Shown: positions 31,497 through 44,299, numbered from the whole stretch's first letter. The stretch is 62,698 bases of DNA, filler included, from Gonapodya sp. JEL0774 (GCA_027604505.1; 12 parts of 12 records of this genome joined end to end with filler, not necessarily neighbours in it); one strand, 5' to 3'. The notes: a model not told the origin generated them from the letters alone. Numbers and translations are program-made.

Positions 31497-33879
31497 GAAT
31501 CTGTGGAGTATGAGCTAATCGCTCATGCAGAGCCCGTTGCAAAAGTCTCGACACTGATGAAGAATGCTACTGCGCCAAAGAGAGGAAAGAAGGAGGACAA
31601 GGAACTGACAATCGCTCCGAATCCCTTCGCTCAAGACTTCTTTGCGGGCGCATTTACCGGTACACCGTCTACAGAAACATTGTTCGGTGGATCTAGCGGC
31701 ATATCAAATCCTCCCTATGCTGACCCAATGGAGACGCTTGCCAAGATAAAAGTTCCCGATGTACCAGCACCTCCTTCTATTGGCACCTTGAAAGGGGTTC
31801 CCCCTCCTGCTCTGTTCACACTGCCGTGGATTCCGAGCCCAACTCCAGCGGAGAGCCTCATCTTCACTGAAACCCCAGATGTCTGTCCACTGAGGATGAA
31901 ATCGGAAATGGCGTCCACATTGCAGCCACTGCCATCCGATCTCTTCAGTTCCTCATACCGTTCGGATCCTCTTTTTGGTGACCTACTACTCTCCAATGTG
32001 GATGCTGTTAATTCTAATACGGGTGGCCATGCACCAGAGCTCACAGTTATGCCATCACCACCCACGGGGTTTGTCTTTCCGCCGGGTGACCTCCAGCTTC
32101 CTTTCACAGTCGAAACATATGAAAAAGGAAAAGAAGCAGCTGGGACCTCCGCACCTGTTAGCGCGCAGTTGTTCATTGCTGCAGGATGTACTCCGCCGAC
32201 CGTCAAGTCGTCCGTCACAACACCCCCGGTTTCACTTCAGAGGCTTGAGAATCTTTCCACCGATATTACTGAGCTGAGGTCTTCTGGATCTATGGAGTCA
32301 CAAAATCTTTTTCCCAGCGGCGTAAGTCTATTCTCAGAGATTCCGAAGGAACCCGTTGTCACACCACAGAAAACACAAGAATTCTGCGGATCACCTCGGT
32401 CTGATGTCCCGAATCTTGCTAATGGCGACGTCATCGACGTCGAAAGGCGCGGCGTCATAGATTCGATCGTTGCCTTGCCCGAGATCCATGTCTCGTCTGA
32501 TGTTGAGCCTCCCCAACTTCCCAAAGAGCATGAATTGATGGACGAGAAAGAAAGCGGACCCGTCGGAATCATGAACACAGATGCACTAATATTTGAAAGT
32601 GAACTGGTCAAGGCTTCCTCCAACGCGAGTGTAGTAGCATTGTTCGAGAGTCACAGCGAGGACGCGGAGAGGGTCCAGGTCATCAACGCGACTTCAGCAG
32701 TACCGGAATCTGAAGACCAGGTGCCAGCAAACAATGTTAGTGACATTGATGGTATGTTGGTTGGCAGTCGATGAGCTTGATTCACGATAAGATATCGACA
32801 AACTCCTCGTCCTTCAGAGTTTGCAGTTGCTAGTCAGGTCTTTTCACGGCCACCGATTGACCCTGAACCACCGATGGACTCAGAATACGTTGATACCGAA
32901 GACGAGGAGTATCCTACTTCAATGGATGTTGAAGACGATAGTTCAGTCATGGAAGGGCAAGGCGAGGGAATGAGTCTCCGTGTCGCAAACTCGATAACTC
33001 ACCAAGCGCCACACGGCTCAGAGGAAGCACCCGACAGCTCGCTGGAAGATCAACTAGATCTGAACGATCAAGTGACCAGCAGCCATCTAGACCGTGAAGA
33101 CGGTGTCGTCGAGACCGGAGAAGCAGCTGGTGACACCTTGGAGGGACATTCGAAAGCTAGCACACAGTCCGATCAAAGAAATCTCTCTCAGACCGCTCTT
33201 GTTGAAAAAAGCGCCCCGCCACACTCTCCATCGCCGCCGAACTGCAGGGCGTCCGAATCGCCATCTCGTCTTCGAAGAGACTCTCGTGTGGAGGTGGCGA
33301 CGCTCGATCCCGCTCGGGGCCTCGAGTCGACTCTCGCCGCTGTGAAAACCAGCCTGAAAGAAGTGAACGTTCCACACAAGACGTACGATGCGTTTTCGAA
33401 GCAAGCTAGCAACGGGTCTACAGACACGCTCTTCCCTGACGAGGGACAGAGTTCCGGAAAGAGCGGTCATCCCGTCGAACAAGCTGATCCTTCAGTAAGC
33501 ATTCTAGGCGATCTATGTTCAACCCGATGTAGTGCACTCACGTGGTGGTTTCCCTTGCAGCGGCTTACCGTGATGGCGCAGAGGATCTTCGAATTGGAAA
33601 ACTCGCTGCGCTCCGCCGAGACCAAGCTGTACCAAGAGCGGACGGCCCGGGAAATCGCCGAAAAGGCGGCAGACGCCAACAAGAATCAGTATCTGGAAAT
33701 GAGGGAAATGGTACGTTGACTGCGGTTGCACTTGTTTGTCGCCGATATGCAACTGGGATCACTGAACAACTGACATGATCGATGGACTCTTTCAGCTTTG
33801 GGCGCTTGACGACAGATATCAAGCGTTGTTGTGCGATTTTAGAAAGGCTCAGGAGGAACTTGCCCGGCGGCGAATGTGA
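31497..33879 (+). CDS. Large disordered acidic/Pro-Ser protein with C-terminal coiled coil (5' truncated, multi-exon)
   Basis: Long ORFs 31503-32774 and 32874-33719 linked by short introns, ending RIFELENSLRSAETKLYQER...|LWALDDRYQALL...ARRRM. No family recognised. Confidence 0.6.
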
Positions 33880-34683
33880 GTTCGATCGAAGTTGGTGCAG
33901 TGCCTAAGCCGCATACACTGATTTAAAATCCCAACACTCCTAAACTCCGGGGTACGTGCACAACCAATCCACGGAATAGAATACAAAAATCGCGGGGAGC
34001 ATCTAACGATGTGGATCGTTCACTCAAGCAGGGCGTTTGAGTTCCAACTTCAGCTCGACATTCACGGATATGAATTCATCACAATTAACATTACCACACA
34101 CGCTTACGGAATGATTTGCAAGTATGCACCTTTTTAAAACATGAAATATATCAATAATGCATTTCTAGATCGTACCTAGTTGGACACATATTGAGCCGTA
34201 TATTGTTGTGCTCGCTCGTCAACGCATGGGAAGTTCAATCCAGTATCTACCACTAACAACAATGCGATAAATCATTCACAAAAGTAGTATGGCGGAGTCG
34301 AATGTTTGGATGTTGGCCAGGTGCTTGCGACATGTACTACGCCTCCAAGTTCCAAGAATACCGTAAAAATCCTACAAGCCCAAGACACTTTGCTTTCAAT
34401 TTGTCTAGATCTGTAGCGTTCTCCCCGCAGCTCGCTCCGTTGTGACCTCTTAAATGTTTCCAATCAACAGCAATCGACAGCGTGGAGCGCAGGCCGGTAA
34501 TAGTATAACATCAGAAAGTCTCGAGCAGGGAGGTCACCTGAAGTATTTCTTTGAACTCAGCACCGTCACGAATCGAATCTCTGGAAATGCTGTTGTGGGC
34601 TCACATAATTGTCCCCGAAATATTTTGTATGAGTTCACTAACTCTTTCCCCCCAGAATCGTCACGAATCGCCGTTTGACAAAA

Positions 34684-35865
34684 ATGGCGCTATCGTTCTT
34701 GTACTCTTTTCTGGATCCATCAAACATGGTTGTACCGGAACTACGCGATCCCAGTCCCGCTGCCCAGCACATTCTGGCAAGCTTCCCCTCAGTGTCTCCA
34801 CACGGAATCGTCGCCCAGTTCATGCACGGCGCAACTTGCGAGCATTGTTTCGAAATGTATTTCAGATTCGACGGCGGTTTTCTCTACATCACCTCCACCG
34901 CGATGGACAAAGCGACAGAAATGCACTTTGACAAGGTCACACGAATGTCGGTCCATCAACGAAGACAGATGTTCTCCATACTCGCGTCCTCTCCCATGCT
35001 ATTCCGCCTTCTCGATGCCTTTCTTGATGCCATTGAGGAAGCCAAACCCATGGCCCCGTCCTCCGAACGAAAGTACCTTTCCGGAGAGCAGCTTCTGCTT
35101 TTACACTCGTGTTGCAAATAGCAGGGGAACTGGAACGGGCGCTGTTGTCGGACAGCTTTCATAGAAAATCGGAGGCGTACATCGATCGAATTCTCGACGC
35201 ATTAATGTTCCTGGACCAGTAACCACTCTTCCCAAACACCGAACCTCGCATAGAGGACGAAGTGCTCTTCGTAATGCTGGACTTTGGTGAGTTCATATCG
35301 CACATCTTCAAAAGACCAGAGTTGCGAATTGCGCAGCGATCTCTGTCTCATAATCTCTCGCATGCTTCCCTGTCAACATCCCATAGTCGACTGATGGCTC
35401 ACACCCCGCAACAACTCCGACTCCGCCCGCTAAGCTCACCTGCTCTCCCACCCCACCTTCTCAAAACGCATTGAGCTACAACGTCGCGGCAAGCAACGCC
35501 ACCAATCCCCCGGCATGGTCACTCGTTGGCGCCCTACACTAAAGCTGGTCACCGCCAACATGCAACAACTTCTCCGCATGCCTCGTTCCGAGTGGTCAGT
35601 TGACACATTCGTGGACGAAGTGTGTTGCAGGCTTGGTTGCACGACGGGTCTGGAACCAGATCAGCTGGTGGGGCCGAAAGGTGTGCGAGCAAAAGGTCTG
35701 CAAAAGTGCAGTAGGTGCAAAGCGGTGCGGTACTGTGCCGCCGACTGTCAAAAGGCGGACTGGAAGTGGCACAAGGTGGTGTGTGGGAAAGACGACGTGA
35801 CCGAACGGGACTTGATCATGGAGGGGAAGCTGACGTATTGTTTTGGGAAAGAGGCCGGGGACTAA
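34684..35865 (+). pseudogene. MYND zinc-finger protein, apparently disrupted
   Basis: C-terminal CCRLGC...KCSRCKAVRYCAADCQKADWKWHKVVC. The upstream coding region needs a frameshift near 35085 and reads through stops near 35220 and 35472. Confidence 0.65.
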
Positions 35866-36304
35866 ATTCGGGACATGTATCGGTGACACCGGACCGATTT
35901 TGCGATAAATAATCAATTGACCAGTTGTACTATTCGATATTATCATGACTGTCGTAATTACTATATGAAGGGAGACAAGTGCCCCCAGGACACAACTTCA
36001 GCAATCAAGGTGATACCCATCTTGTCCGTACATCTCGCTCCCTTCAAATCAATTGTCAACCTTCATCCTTACTGTCCAATGCGACTTAACATGCCCTTGT
36101 TTCGAATGTCAACACTCTCTCCCGTACGGCCAATCCCATATGCCGAATCGCACTGGAAAGTTCTGAAACCTGACCCAACAGTCCTGCACCAGCCGCAACA
36201 AAATGTCAGTCTTGGCCCGTCAAAGCCCACCTGGACCAAATCCGTGGAAACCGGCGCAGCAATCATGATGGTCCGGCTCCTCCGATCACACTCTGATCAC
36301 TCCC

Positions 36305-36625
36305 CTATCGCGCCCACACTCCGTTCTCCTCCTGCCTCCTTCCACCAGCCTCCGCCGCCACTGCCCCACCTTCTCTTATCTGTCTTACCCTCTCGACAAC
36401 CCCCTTCGCCAACTCCCCAATCTCCGCGACCTCTTCCAGATCCACATCCTCCGCACCCATACCACCCCTCTCCCTCTCCTCCTTGACCGCCCTCACGGTC
36501 TCCTCCACTCTCCCGACCAACTGCTCGAACAACCCAGGCAACCCCGACCGCTCCACGGCCTTGTTCACCGCCGCGTCTCCACCGGCCAACAGCTGTCCGA
36601 CGGTCCACCCGGCCACGTGCCACCC
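36305..36625 (-). CDS. C-terminal fragment of an unknown helical protein
   Basis: An open, E/R/V-rich frame enters from the contig edge and ends at 36305. Confidence 0.4.
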   Translation of the reverse strand, partial: GWHVAGWTVGQLLAGGDAAVNKAVERSGLPGLFEQLVGRVEETVRAVKEERERGGMGAEDVDLEEVAEIGELAKGVVERVRQIREGGAVAAEAGGRRQEENGVWAR

Positions 36626-36806
36626 NNNNNNNNNNNNNNNNNNNNNNNNNNNNNNNNNNNNNNNNNNNNTTAATTAATTAANNNNNNNNNNNNNNNNNNN
36701 NNNNNNNNNNNNNNNNNNNNNNNNNAATTCGCCAAAACTCAACCGAGCGCCCAAAAACTCCCAAACTATTCCCAGACCACCCCAGTAATACCTAAAGTGT
36801 CCTGGC

Positions 36807-39800
36807 TCAATCCCCCACCGGAGGCTTGAAGAACCCCTGCTCAGTCATCTCCCTCCCGCGACACTGCAGTTCCACCGCCATCTGCGCCCACCACACTTCC
36901 ATCCTCCCTCGCATCTGATTCAACATCCAGTCGAGGGGGGTTCGCCCATGATACGGTCCCGGCCACTTCCAAGAGACCCAGTCCCCCACAAAGTCCCACT
37001 GTTCAGTGCACTCCATCGCGTGCACGCGCGTCAACACTCCCCCACACTTCCTGCACTCCTGGTGCTGCGCCACCAATCCCAGCTGCCACCTTGACAGTGC
37101 TACACGTTGCACGCGCGAGATTCGCGAGCGTGCGTCCAAGTACGCATGCGGACGTGCGCGTGCACGTACCTGAATTGCCCCCGCCACTCCCCCATCCGCA
37201 TCGTCCTCCGCCAACGCCTCCAACTGTCCCTGACGCCGCTCGATACGTTCCTCGCGGGGGGCAATGGTTGCCGGAGCGCGAGGTGGGGGGACTGACCGAC
37301 GGAGGGGGTTGGTGTCGTGAGATATGTACCGGTCGCGGAACTCGGCAGGTAGAGGGTTGCGGCCCATCATGGTGTCGCGGGGGAGAGAATCACGAGGAGC
37401 GGGGCGATGGAGCTGGAGGCGTCGACGCCAGACGTGGTTGCCCAGGACCGAGGCGTCGACTGAGTTGTGGAATCGGGCAGAGGAGAGGAGGTTGAGCTCC
37501 TGTGCGCGTTTGTCGAACTTCTGGATGCCGAGTACTCGGTGCATTGCGTCGATAGAAGTGTTGGGGGGGCAGTTGAAGATGGCCCGAAGTGCAATATTCT
37601 GCACCTTCTGGTATTGAGCGAGGAGGGTTGGTGTCGGGTATTTGAGTTCGATGCCGAATTCCATGACAGGGCGTATAAATGCTGTGTAGACATGTGCTGA
37701 GGACCGGGGTGCCCATCCGGTGATGTTCATGCCTACCGTAGAGAACATCTTGATGACGCGCTTGGCCTTCTCGCAGCGTTCCTCACAGAGCTTGGACCAG
37801 TCGACGCCGAGACGGGTGAAAGGGAAGCCGAGGTAGGGGTGAGATTCGATCGAGGGGAGATCCTCGCCGTAGAGCTGGAGAGGGGTGGAGCGGAATGCTG
37901 GGGGGGGAGCGAAAACGAAACACTTCGGGGGTGAGAAGGTCATCCCCGACTCACGACTCCATTGCTCGCACACCCCAAGAAGGCGTGCGAGCGCTTCGGC
38001 GGTGGGGGCGATAAGGGCGGTGTCGTCCGCGAAGAGAAGGGCGTTGACGAACTGACCGGCGACAGTGACACCGGTCGAGTTCTTGATGGCGGTGAGGGCG
38101 AGTGCGAGGTCGTTGATAAAGAAGTTGAATAGGATGGGGGAGAGCGAGGAGCCTTGGAAAAGGCCGCGGAGATTGGGGAGAAGTGCTGACGTGACTCCGG
38201 AGATGAGGAGACGGGAGGAGTTGAAGTCGAAGAGGTCCTGCATGCGATGTACTGTTGCGGGGGGAAAACTGTAGCGGTCAGTTAGTAGATTCCACAGGCG
38301 TCGTCTGTTGACGACGTCGTATGCTGCCTTGAGGTCGAGAAGAGCAGTGTACGCCCTCGGGTTCTCCAGACACGCCTCATGGAGCGTGAGCACCTGCTGC
38401 ATCACCCCACGATGCGGCCTGAATCCCCCCTGAGCGTCCGCGAGGTGGCCTTGATGCTCTGCGACCGAAGGGATGAGAAGCCTCTCGTAGAGGCGGCGGA
38501 GGGTGCAGGTGAGGGAGATGGGCCGGTGGTTTGCAATGTCCGTTGCCTGTCCCTTCTTCTTCCACACCGGTACGACCCACGCCTCCCTCCATATTGTTGG
38601 TATGCACCCGACCGCGGCGACGGCGTGTAAGAAGGCAGTGAGGTGGGGGAGGAGGACTCCTGCTCCGGCTTGGTAGAACTCTGCTGGGATCCCATCCGGT
38701 CCGCACGCCTTTCCCTTCGGCATCCACTGCAGCTTCGCCGCGACCTTCGAGACGTTGATGAGGTCGTTGATGTCGGGGTCCGGAGCGGGGCGGGGAGGTC
38801 CGCGTGGTGTTTCTGTCCCGGTTCCGGTCGCTTCCCCCCCCCATGTCGTCCTGAAATAGTCCAGGTGATCGTCCATCTTCCCCGGGTCCAGCGCGCATCC
38901 ACTCTTGTCTCTCCTCTTCTTGATCCCCTTCACCGCGCGGAGAAACCCGCTCGCGTTTTCGCTGGCCAAGTCGTCGAAATACGACTGGAACAGCGAGGCG
39001 CGCTTTTTCAACGCGCCCGCCCTATACGTTCCAGCTTTCTTCGCCGCCTCAGCCTGCAACTTTCGCGACGCGGATGGCGCCTCGTCGTCCAGGGCTGACC
39101 GCCGGGCCTTCCTCACCGCTTCTTCCAACTCACGTAGGTCGTGCGCGAGATGCACATCGTCCTCGAAATCCTCGGCGATCCGATTCGACCACTCCAGATA
39201 TCCGATCGACTTTTCCGCGGCGTTTCTGATGGCATCGTAGAGGGTGGAGGCGAGATTGTCGATGTGTGGTTGACAATCGGTCAGGCCACCGGCACGGGTG
39301 AGTGCCCACTCCACAGACTCGCATCTCGACTTCAGCTCTCCCAATTCCGAATCCGCCTCCAGCGCCTCGACGTAACGTTTCCTCGCCTGAGGACGTTGCA
39401 ATTTCCGGATATTCCATCGCCTGATATGTTTGTCAATTAGAGGTGGTCCCCGATCAATAGAAAATGTGATAGGGGCATGGTCGCTGCCCCCCAAAGATTC
39501 CTGTTCATGAACACGCATATCCGTGATTGGGAATGTTGAGAGAAGAATGTCCGGGATCCCTTTGCCCCCTCTCCTCCCGAAGGAAGTCCACTTCCCCTCG
39601 ATGGGCTTGACCACTGAGAAAACCGAATGGTCCAATGCCTCCTCGAGCAACGTCCCACGCCTGTTCGTCATCGAATCTCCAGATAATTCCTCTGAGCGCG
39701 CGTTGAGGTCCCCACAAATAAGGACGTCCCGGCCAGGCGCCGCACCCGATCCGCCGGCCCACTTCTCTCCCACTCGCACCAAGTCCACAATTAGCTGATC

Positions 39801-40142
39801 CGAGTCCGATGGGGCGATGTATGCAAAAATGACGATCGTCCCGTTGAGATCCAGAACGACGGCCCGTTTGCCTATCTCCAGTCCCATTTCCCGGCTCGCT
39901 CCCATTGCCGCCGCACTCCACGCCGTCACCAAGATCCCGCGGTCGAATTTCTTCCCGCCGGCCCGATAGCCTTTTCGTTCGTTTGTAATATTCGAAATCG
40001 ATTGTCCAAGGGGGGGGTTTGCCGATGGAGATAGCCATGTCTCGCAGAGAAGCGAGATGTCCACTTCATGCTCACGGGCGGCCTTACTGACCACCTTCGC
40101 CTTGCCCGTGAGCCCTTCTACGTTTGCCATGAGGAACTTCAT
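36807..40142 (-). CDS. LINE ORF2: APE endonuclease + reverse transcriptase + C-terminal Cys/His motif
   Basis: MKFLMANVEGL, LCETW, GDLNA, PDILL, GSDHAPI; KACGPDGIP, RPISL, QGGFR, LDLKAAYD, GLFQGSSLSPILFN, LFADD, YLGF; CRKCGGVLTRVHAMEC. Confidence 0.95.
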   Translation of the reverse strand: MKFLMANVEGLTGKAKVVSKAAREHEVDISLLCETWLSPSANPPLGQSISNITNERKGYRAGGKKFDRGILVTAWSAAAMGASREMGLEIGKRAVVLDLNGTIVIFAYIAPSDSDQLIVDLVRVGEKWAGGSGAAPGRDVLICGDLNARSEELSGDSMTNRRGTLLEEALDHSVFSVVKPIEGKWTSFGRRGGKGIPDILLSTFPITDMRVHEQESLGGSDHAPITFSIDRGPPLIDKHIRRWNIRKLQRPQARKRYVEALEADSELGELKSRCESVEWALTRAGGLTDCQPHIDNLASTLYDAIRNAAEKSIGYLEWSNRIAEDFEDDVHLAHDLRELEEAVRKARRSALDDEAPSASRKLQAEAAKKAGTYRAGALKKRASLFQSYFDDLASENASGFLRAVKGIKKRRDKSGCALDPGKMDDHLDYFRTTWGGEATGTGTETPRGPPRPAPDPDINDLINVSKVAAKLQWMPKGKACGPDGIPAEFYQAGAGVLLPHLTAFLHAVAAVGCIPTIWREAWVVPVWKKKGQATDIANHRPISLTCTLRRLYERLLIPSVAEHQGHLADAQGGFRPHRGVMQQVLTLHEACLENPRAYTALLDLKAAYDVVNRRRLWNLLTDRYSFPPATVHRMQDLFDFNSSRLLISGVTSALLPNLRGLFQGSSLSPILFNFFINDLALALTAIKNSTGVTVAGQFVNALLFADDTALIAPTAEALARLLGVCEQWSRESGMTFSPPKCFVFAPPPAFRSTPLQLYGEDLPSIESHPYLGFPFTRLGVDWSKLCEERCEKAKRVIKMFSTVGMNITGWAPRSSAHVYTAFIRPVMEFGIELKYPTPTLLAQYQKVQNIALRAIFNCPPNTSIDAMHRVLGIQKFDKRAQELNLLSSARFHNSVDASVLGNHVWRRRLQLHRPAPRDSLPRDTMMGRNPLPAEFRDRYISHDTNPLRRSVPPPRAPATIAPREERIERRQGQLEALAEDDADGGVAGAIQVRARARPHAYLDARSRISRVQRVALSRWQLGLVAQHQECRKCGGVLTRVHAMECTEQWDFVGDWVSWKWPGPYHGRTPLDWMLNQMRGRMEVWWAQMAVELQCRGREMTEQGFFKPPVGD

Positions 40143-41852
40143 GCGCGGGCTAAGCCCAGGCCTGAAGCTCCCATGACGACGTCTCCATGTTGGTCGGTGG
40201 GTGCGTCGACCACTATGTGTGCTGCTGCACCTCCGATCCCGTTCACAACCTTGCCCTTCCAATACGACCGTCCCCAGTGCCCGAGTTTCGCGTATTCATT
40301 TCGAACGAATTTCCTGTACTCAGTGAGTACAAGAGTGCGCATGTTGTCGGTGATCCCCTCCAGCACTGTTTCCTGGAATTCCCTCGACCAAGACATCCTG
40401 CATAAGTCTGCAGTTCTCCTCGCCGTGATAATATTCGCCTGTTCGGGTGTGAGGCGAGAGAATTTCGGCGGGGCGAACGGGTCCGCCTTGTCGTCGATTG
40501 TGAAACCGAACTTGTGTGCTGCATCGACCACTGCCTGTTCGTCTTCCGTCCCAACAATCATTTCGACTGTCCCCCCAGGGATCATCGTCGCTGCCTGGAC
40601 CTCCCTATAAATCCCCATCTCCCGTACAAGCCCTCCAATTCGCTTTCGCCGCTCTGTCAGAGACGCCTCGAGAAGAGGCATAACGTTCCGGGGGCGTACG
40701 AACACGCGGACGAATGTCCGCGGCGCGGGGCGCTCCTGGAACATCATAGCGATACGGGATGGACGGGCGAAGTCCGTCTCCTTTCGATTCGGGCGGATGG
40801 GCTTGGTGGTACCCGAGGTGAGTGCATCCCGGTAAGACACCGGTCTCCCGTTTCCTCCCCGCTTTTCTCCGCTTCTCCCATTGTTTTTCTCTCCATCAGC
40901 ACTCACTCTTTGATTTCCCCCCGCCGCTGCATCTCCATCGTTCCCCGCTCCCGTCCGTTTCCGCTTCCTCGCTACCTCTGTGTACCCATCGAGCGGAATG
41001 AAATCGTCTGGACCTGGAGACGACGTCGAATCACCTCCCACGGATGTAGGTGAGTGGTGTGCGCTCTCGGCGCTTGAGGTGAGTGCCTGGTGGTTGAGTT
41101 GGTGTGACCCCGTTCCCGAAATAGAGTCTGTCGGGGTGAAAACGAAGTTAAACGCTCCGCCAGCGATTCGAGCACCTTGCCTGGTATCAGGGGCGTGTGC
41201 GCGCCGTGATTTTGAGGTGGCGCGGCGTGTGTGTGACATAGTGGGTCCGGATTTCGGTCCCACCCCGTATCCGGGCCCCTCCTGCCTGCCCCCGCGCACG
41301 ACAGGGCTCGCGCTTCTGGCGCCCAACACCCCCATCATTGGTGGTGGTGTGGGCGTGTCCGCGGCTCCTCGTGGGCCGTCGTTGTTGTTGACCCCGTTCC
41401 CCCCCGCAGGTCCACCCGCTCCCGGTACGTGGCGGCCCCCAACGCCCCTCGTGTTCCCTCCGCTCGCATCCCTGATACGCTGGCTGCGTTCCGCGGCCAG
41501 TTCCCTGGTGAGTCGGTCGATCTGGAGGCGGAGCTCGGTGAGCTCCCGTTGCATTTCCACTTGCCTCTTGTTAGACTGCTCAAGCAGTGCTAGGAGGCGA
41601 TTTCTCTCGTCGTCCGATGACTGCTGAGCAGCTCTCGATGGCTGGCTGGGTGTCAGTGCCAGGTCCTCATCCTGGTCCGTCATGTCTGCCCAGGACTGTG
41701 TTGCCGTCTCCTGTGTGGGCAAGGTAGGTGTCGGGGGGGATACTTCTTGGAATCTCGCATGCTCAGGGTATGATGAGCGAGAAGTGCTGGCGGGGGGGGG
41801 TCTTGTCACAAACCGGTCCAAGGTGTTCCCCTGCACCTGGGCCGGAGCGGAC
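40139..41852 (-). CDS. LINE ORF1 (coiled coil, disordered linker, basic C-terminal domain); 5' end at contig edge
   Basis: A 565+ aa open frame directly upstream of ORF2, with coiled coil ERNRLLALLEQ...LAAER and an SYRDAL motif. No CCHC knuckle. Confidence 0.85.
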
Positions 41853-41952
41853 NNNNNNNNNNNNNNNNNNNNNNNNNNNNNNNNNNNNNNNNNNNNTTAA
41901 TTAATTAANNNNNNNNNNNNNNNNNNNNNNNNNNNNNNNNNNNNNNNNNNNN

Positions 41953-43568
41953 CACTCTGCCCCTCTAAATTTACCCCGTTCAGCGCGCTTGACTCCTTCG
42001 TCTGCTGCGACTCTTGCCACTCTCTCACTCATGGGCGCTACAGCTGTCGCAACCCCCATTCCACAAACGAGACACAATACCAACCCAAACCCCACCCACT
42101 CCCCATCCCCATCTTCGTCCCGTTCTACATCCATACCGAGCCCTCTTCTTTTGGCTGCTGCATTCGCTGGAAACTCATCTCGCCGAGAAATCCTTCTGTC
42201 ATCCCCATCACTTTCCGCAAGCCCAGTTCCATCTTCTTCTTATTCACCACACATATACCCATCCACGCGCCCACCGCGTCCTCCGTCCACATCCTCTATC
42301 CAATTCCAGCAAACTCCACTCCCCCCATCCGCCGTCCCTCCTCCAATGCTCTCTTCCTCACCAGGTCTCTCATCCTTCCAATTGCCCCCACCCACGACCC
42401 TCTCCCCACCATCGACCTCCATTGCGAGCTTCCAACCATCATCTACTCTTCCTCGAACGATAGACCTCTACTCTCTCCACCATCCCCGTCCGACGCCATC
42501 ACCCTCGCGGGCACAGGAACGTGAACGGCGCCGTCGCAGAAGGAGGGAATTGCTTCAGGAAATTGCGGGGGATATTGGAGGCTCAGTATGGCCTCCAGTT
42601 AATTTGGAGGAAGACGACAACGGAGCTTCCAGTGGAGTTACGTCCGGCTCATATCACGACACTCTTGAACGGAGTATCTTCTCCTCCGCCGCAGAAGCGC
42701 TGATTCACTCCCGACAATCAGTCAGTGGAACTGGGAATGCAGATCCACACTTGTGCGTCTTGTCTTCCCCGATGACCCAGTTGCCGGGCGTCGTTTGCAT
42801 TCCGCGCGAATTCGAGGACTCTCTGAATGCTCGTGGGACTGACCTGGAGAACCTCGGCGTATTTTCTATGGACGATTTTGACGAGGACACTCAGAGCACG
42901 AAAATACTACAATCTCCCCCTGCAGCCGCTGTGCGAGCTGGACCGTCCCATGTCATCGATGCCGCAACCAGTTCTAGCATCGCCAGCACATCTCTTCCAT
43001 CATCTCGTCCACCTTCGAAGAAAAAGAAACATGACAAAAAACGACGAGGGATCGAGCGGAGATGGGAGAGCAGTGGCGAAGATGATCATGATGATCAGAA
43101 CTCAAGTGGGTTGCGGTTCTGCTCGGCTTCAGTGAACTCTTCTCCTCATGGTCTCAAATTCATGAAATATGTTTCTCATCAGATTTGAGACTAGCATCTT
43201 CGTCAGTGGCATCACCGTCACTCCGCGCGTCCATGACTCGTGGCTCGAACAGCAGCAGTACCACCACCACCGTTCCATCTACCACTCCAGCTGCTGCTCA
43301 GTCTAGTTTATCAAACAGTCGGATTTACCGGCGTGATCGGAGTAGAGACACCACATCCGAATCTGGCCGGACACGACCCCCTCCTTCCTCCACTGATGAT
43401 TCATTGTCTGGGATGCACACCAATGGTGACAGTGCGGCAGGCTGGGGATCTGGAGGTAGAGGGGGAGCTCATAGTGACCAGGCTGCATCGGGAGGTAATT
43501 GTGGAGAAGTCCCGAGGTTGAGGAGTTCTGGTGGGAGAAAGGGTAGGAGGGGAAGGAAAAGGGAATGA
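41953..43568 (+). CDS. Low-complexity Ser/Pro-rich protein, C-terminal part
   Basis: ORF 41989-43188 joins 43185-43568 in frame through a gtgggt...catcag intron (about 43105-43182). No domain recognised. Confidence 0.5.
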
Positions 43569-44299
43569 CGACTGCAGGTTCAAGTGAGAGTGGATGCTAG
43601 CAGAGCTGGGGCATTGGTCGAGCGGAATGGAAGGATCTGCAGCTTGACAGGGGACGTATGCGTGCCCCACGGTGTTGGAGATCAACAATAGTGGGCCTCA
43701 ATGTCAGGGTGTTTGTTGTTCTCTCTCTTTCTTCTTTATTCTTTATTGAATGCTTTGTTTCGCTCAATAATACTGTAGATTTTATTGAGTTCCCGGAGCC
43801 CCGGCAGTCAACTGATAACTTGGAAGACCACTGCCCGCTTCCCGCTGTTTTGTGCGTGTCACAGCTGGAGGCCAGGAGCCTCTCGCACCAACTTCTTTGC
43901 CCATTTCGAGATATCTCCCCTTATAATTATTGCAAAAACATCAAATACAATGAAAATGTGCTCTGAGTGGTCGGTAGATACTGTGGAATCAATGGGGCTC
44001 GATGAAGGTGAGAGAATACTTGCCCCTAGCGCTTAAACTACATCTAACACGTGGACCTAGCACTTCTCATGGTACCCTTACGGGGTAACCCAGAGTGCCA
44101 ATGTTTGTCACTTAATGAGAATATCAAAATATTCAAGTTTCTCCGTAAAGGCATCATCCAAAAGCGCTCAAATGAGTGATACATCAGATGGAGATCAACA
44201 GTTGGAAGAAGGTCTTCTCCCCCCATTCAGCCTTTGGAAGCAGCTGGACCCCATCCCAATTAATTCCACGCTAGCCAGACTTCTGCAAGTCCAGGGTAA

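Larger units (their letters stand above)
36726..41852 (-). mobile_element. Non-LTR retrotransposon (LINE) with two uninterrupted ORFs filling the whole contig
   Basis: ORF1 is followed directly by an APE+RT ORF2. The termini are not captured. Confidence 0.95.

Noticed and set aside
37091..41627. Multiple plus-strand ORFs antisense to the LINE
   Set aside because: Shadow ORFs of GC-rich coding sequence with no motifs.
10509..41852. Possible DGR pairing of the LINE RT with the variable Sel1 repeats
   Set aside because: They lie on different contigs, the RT is a standard APE-LINE enzyme, and no template repeat is visible.
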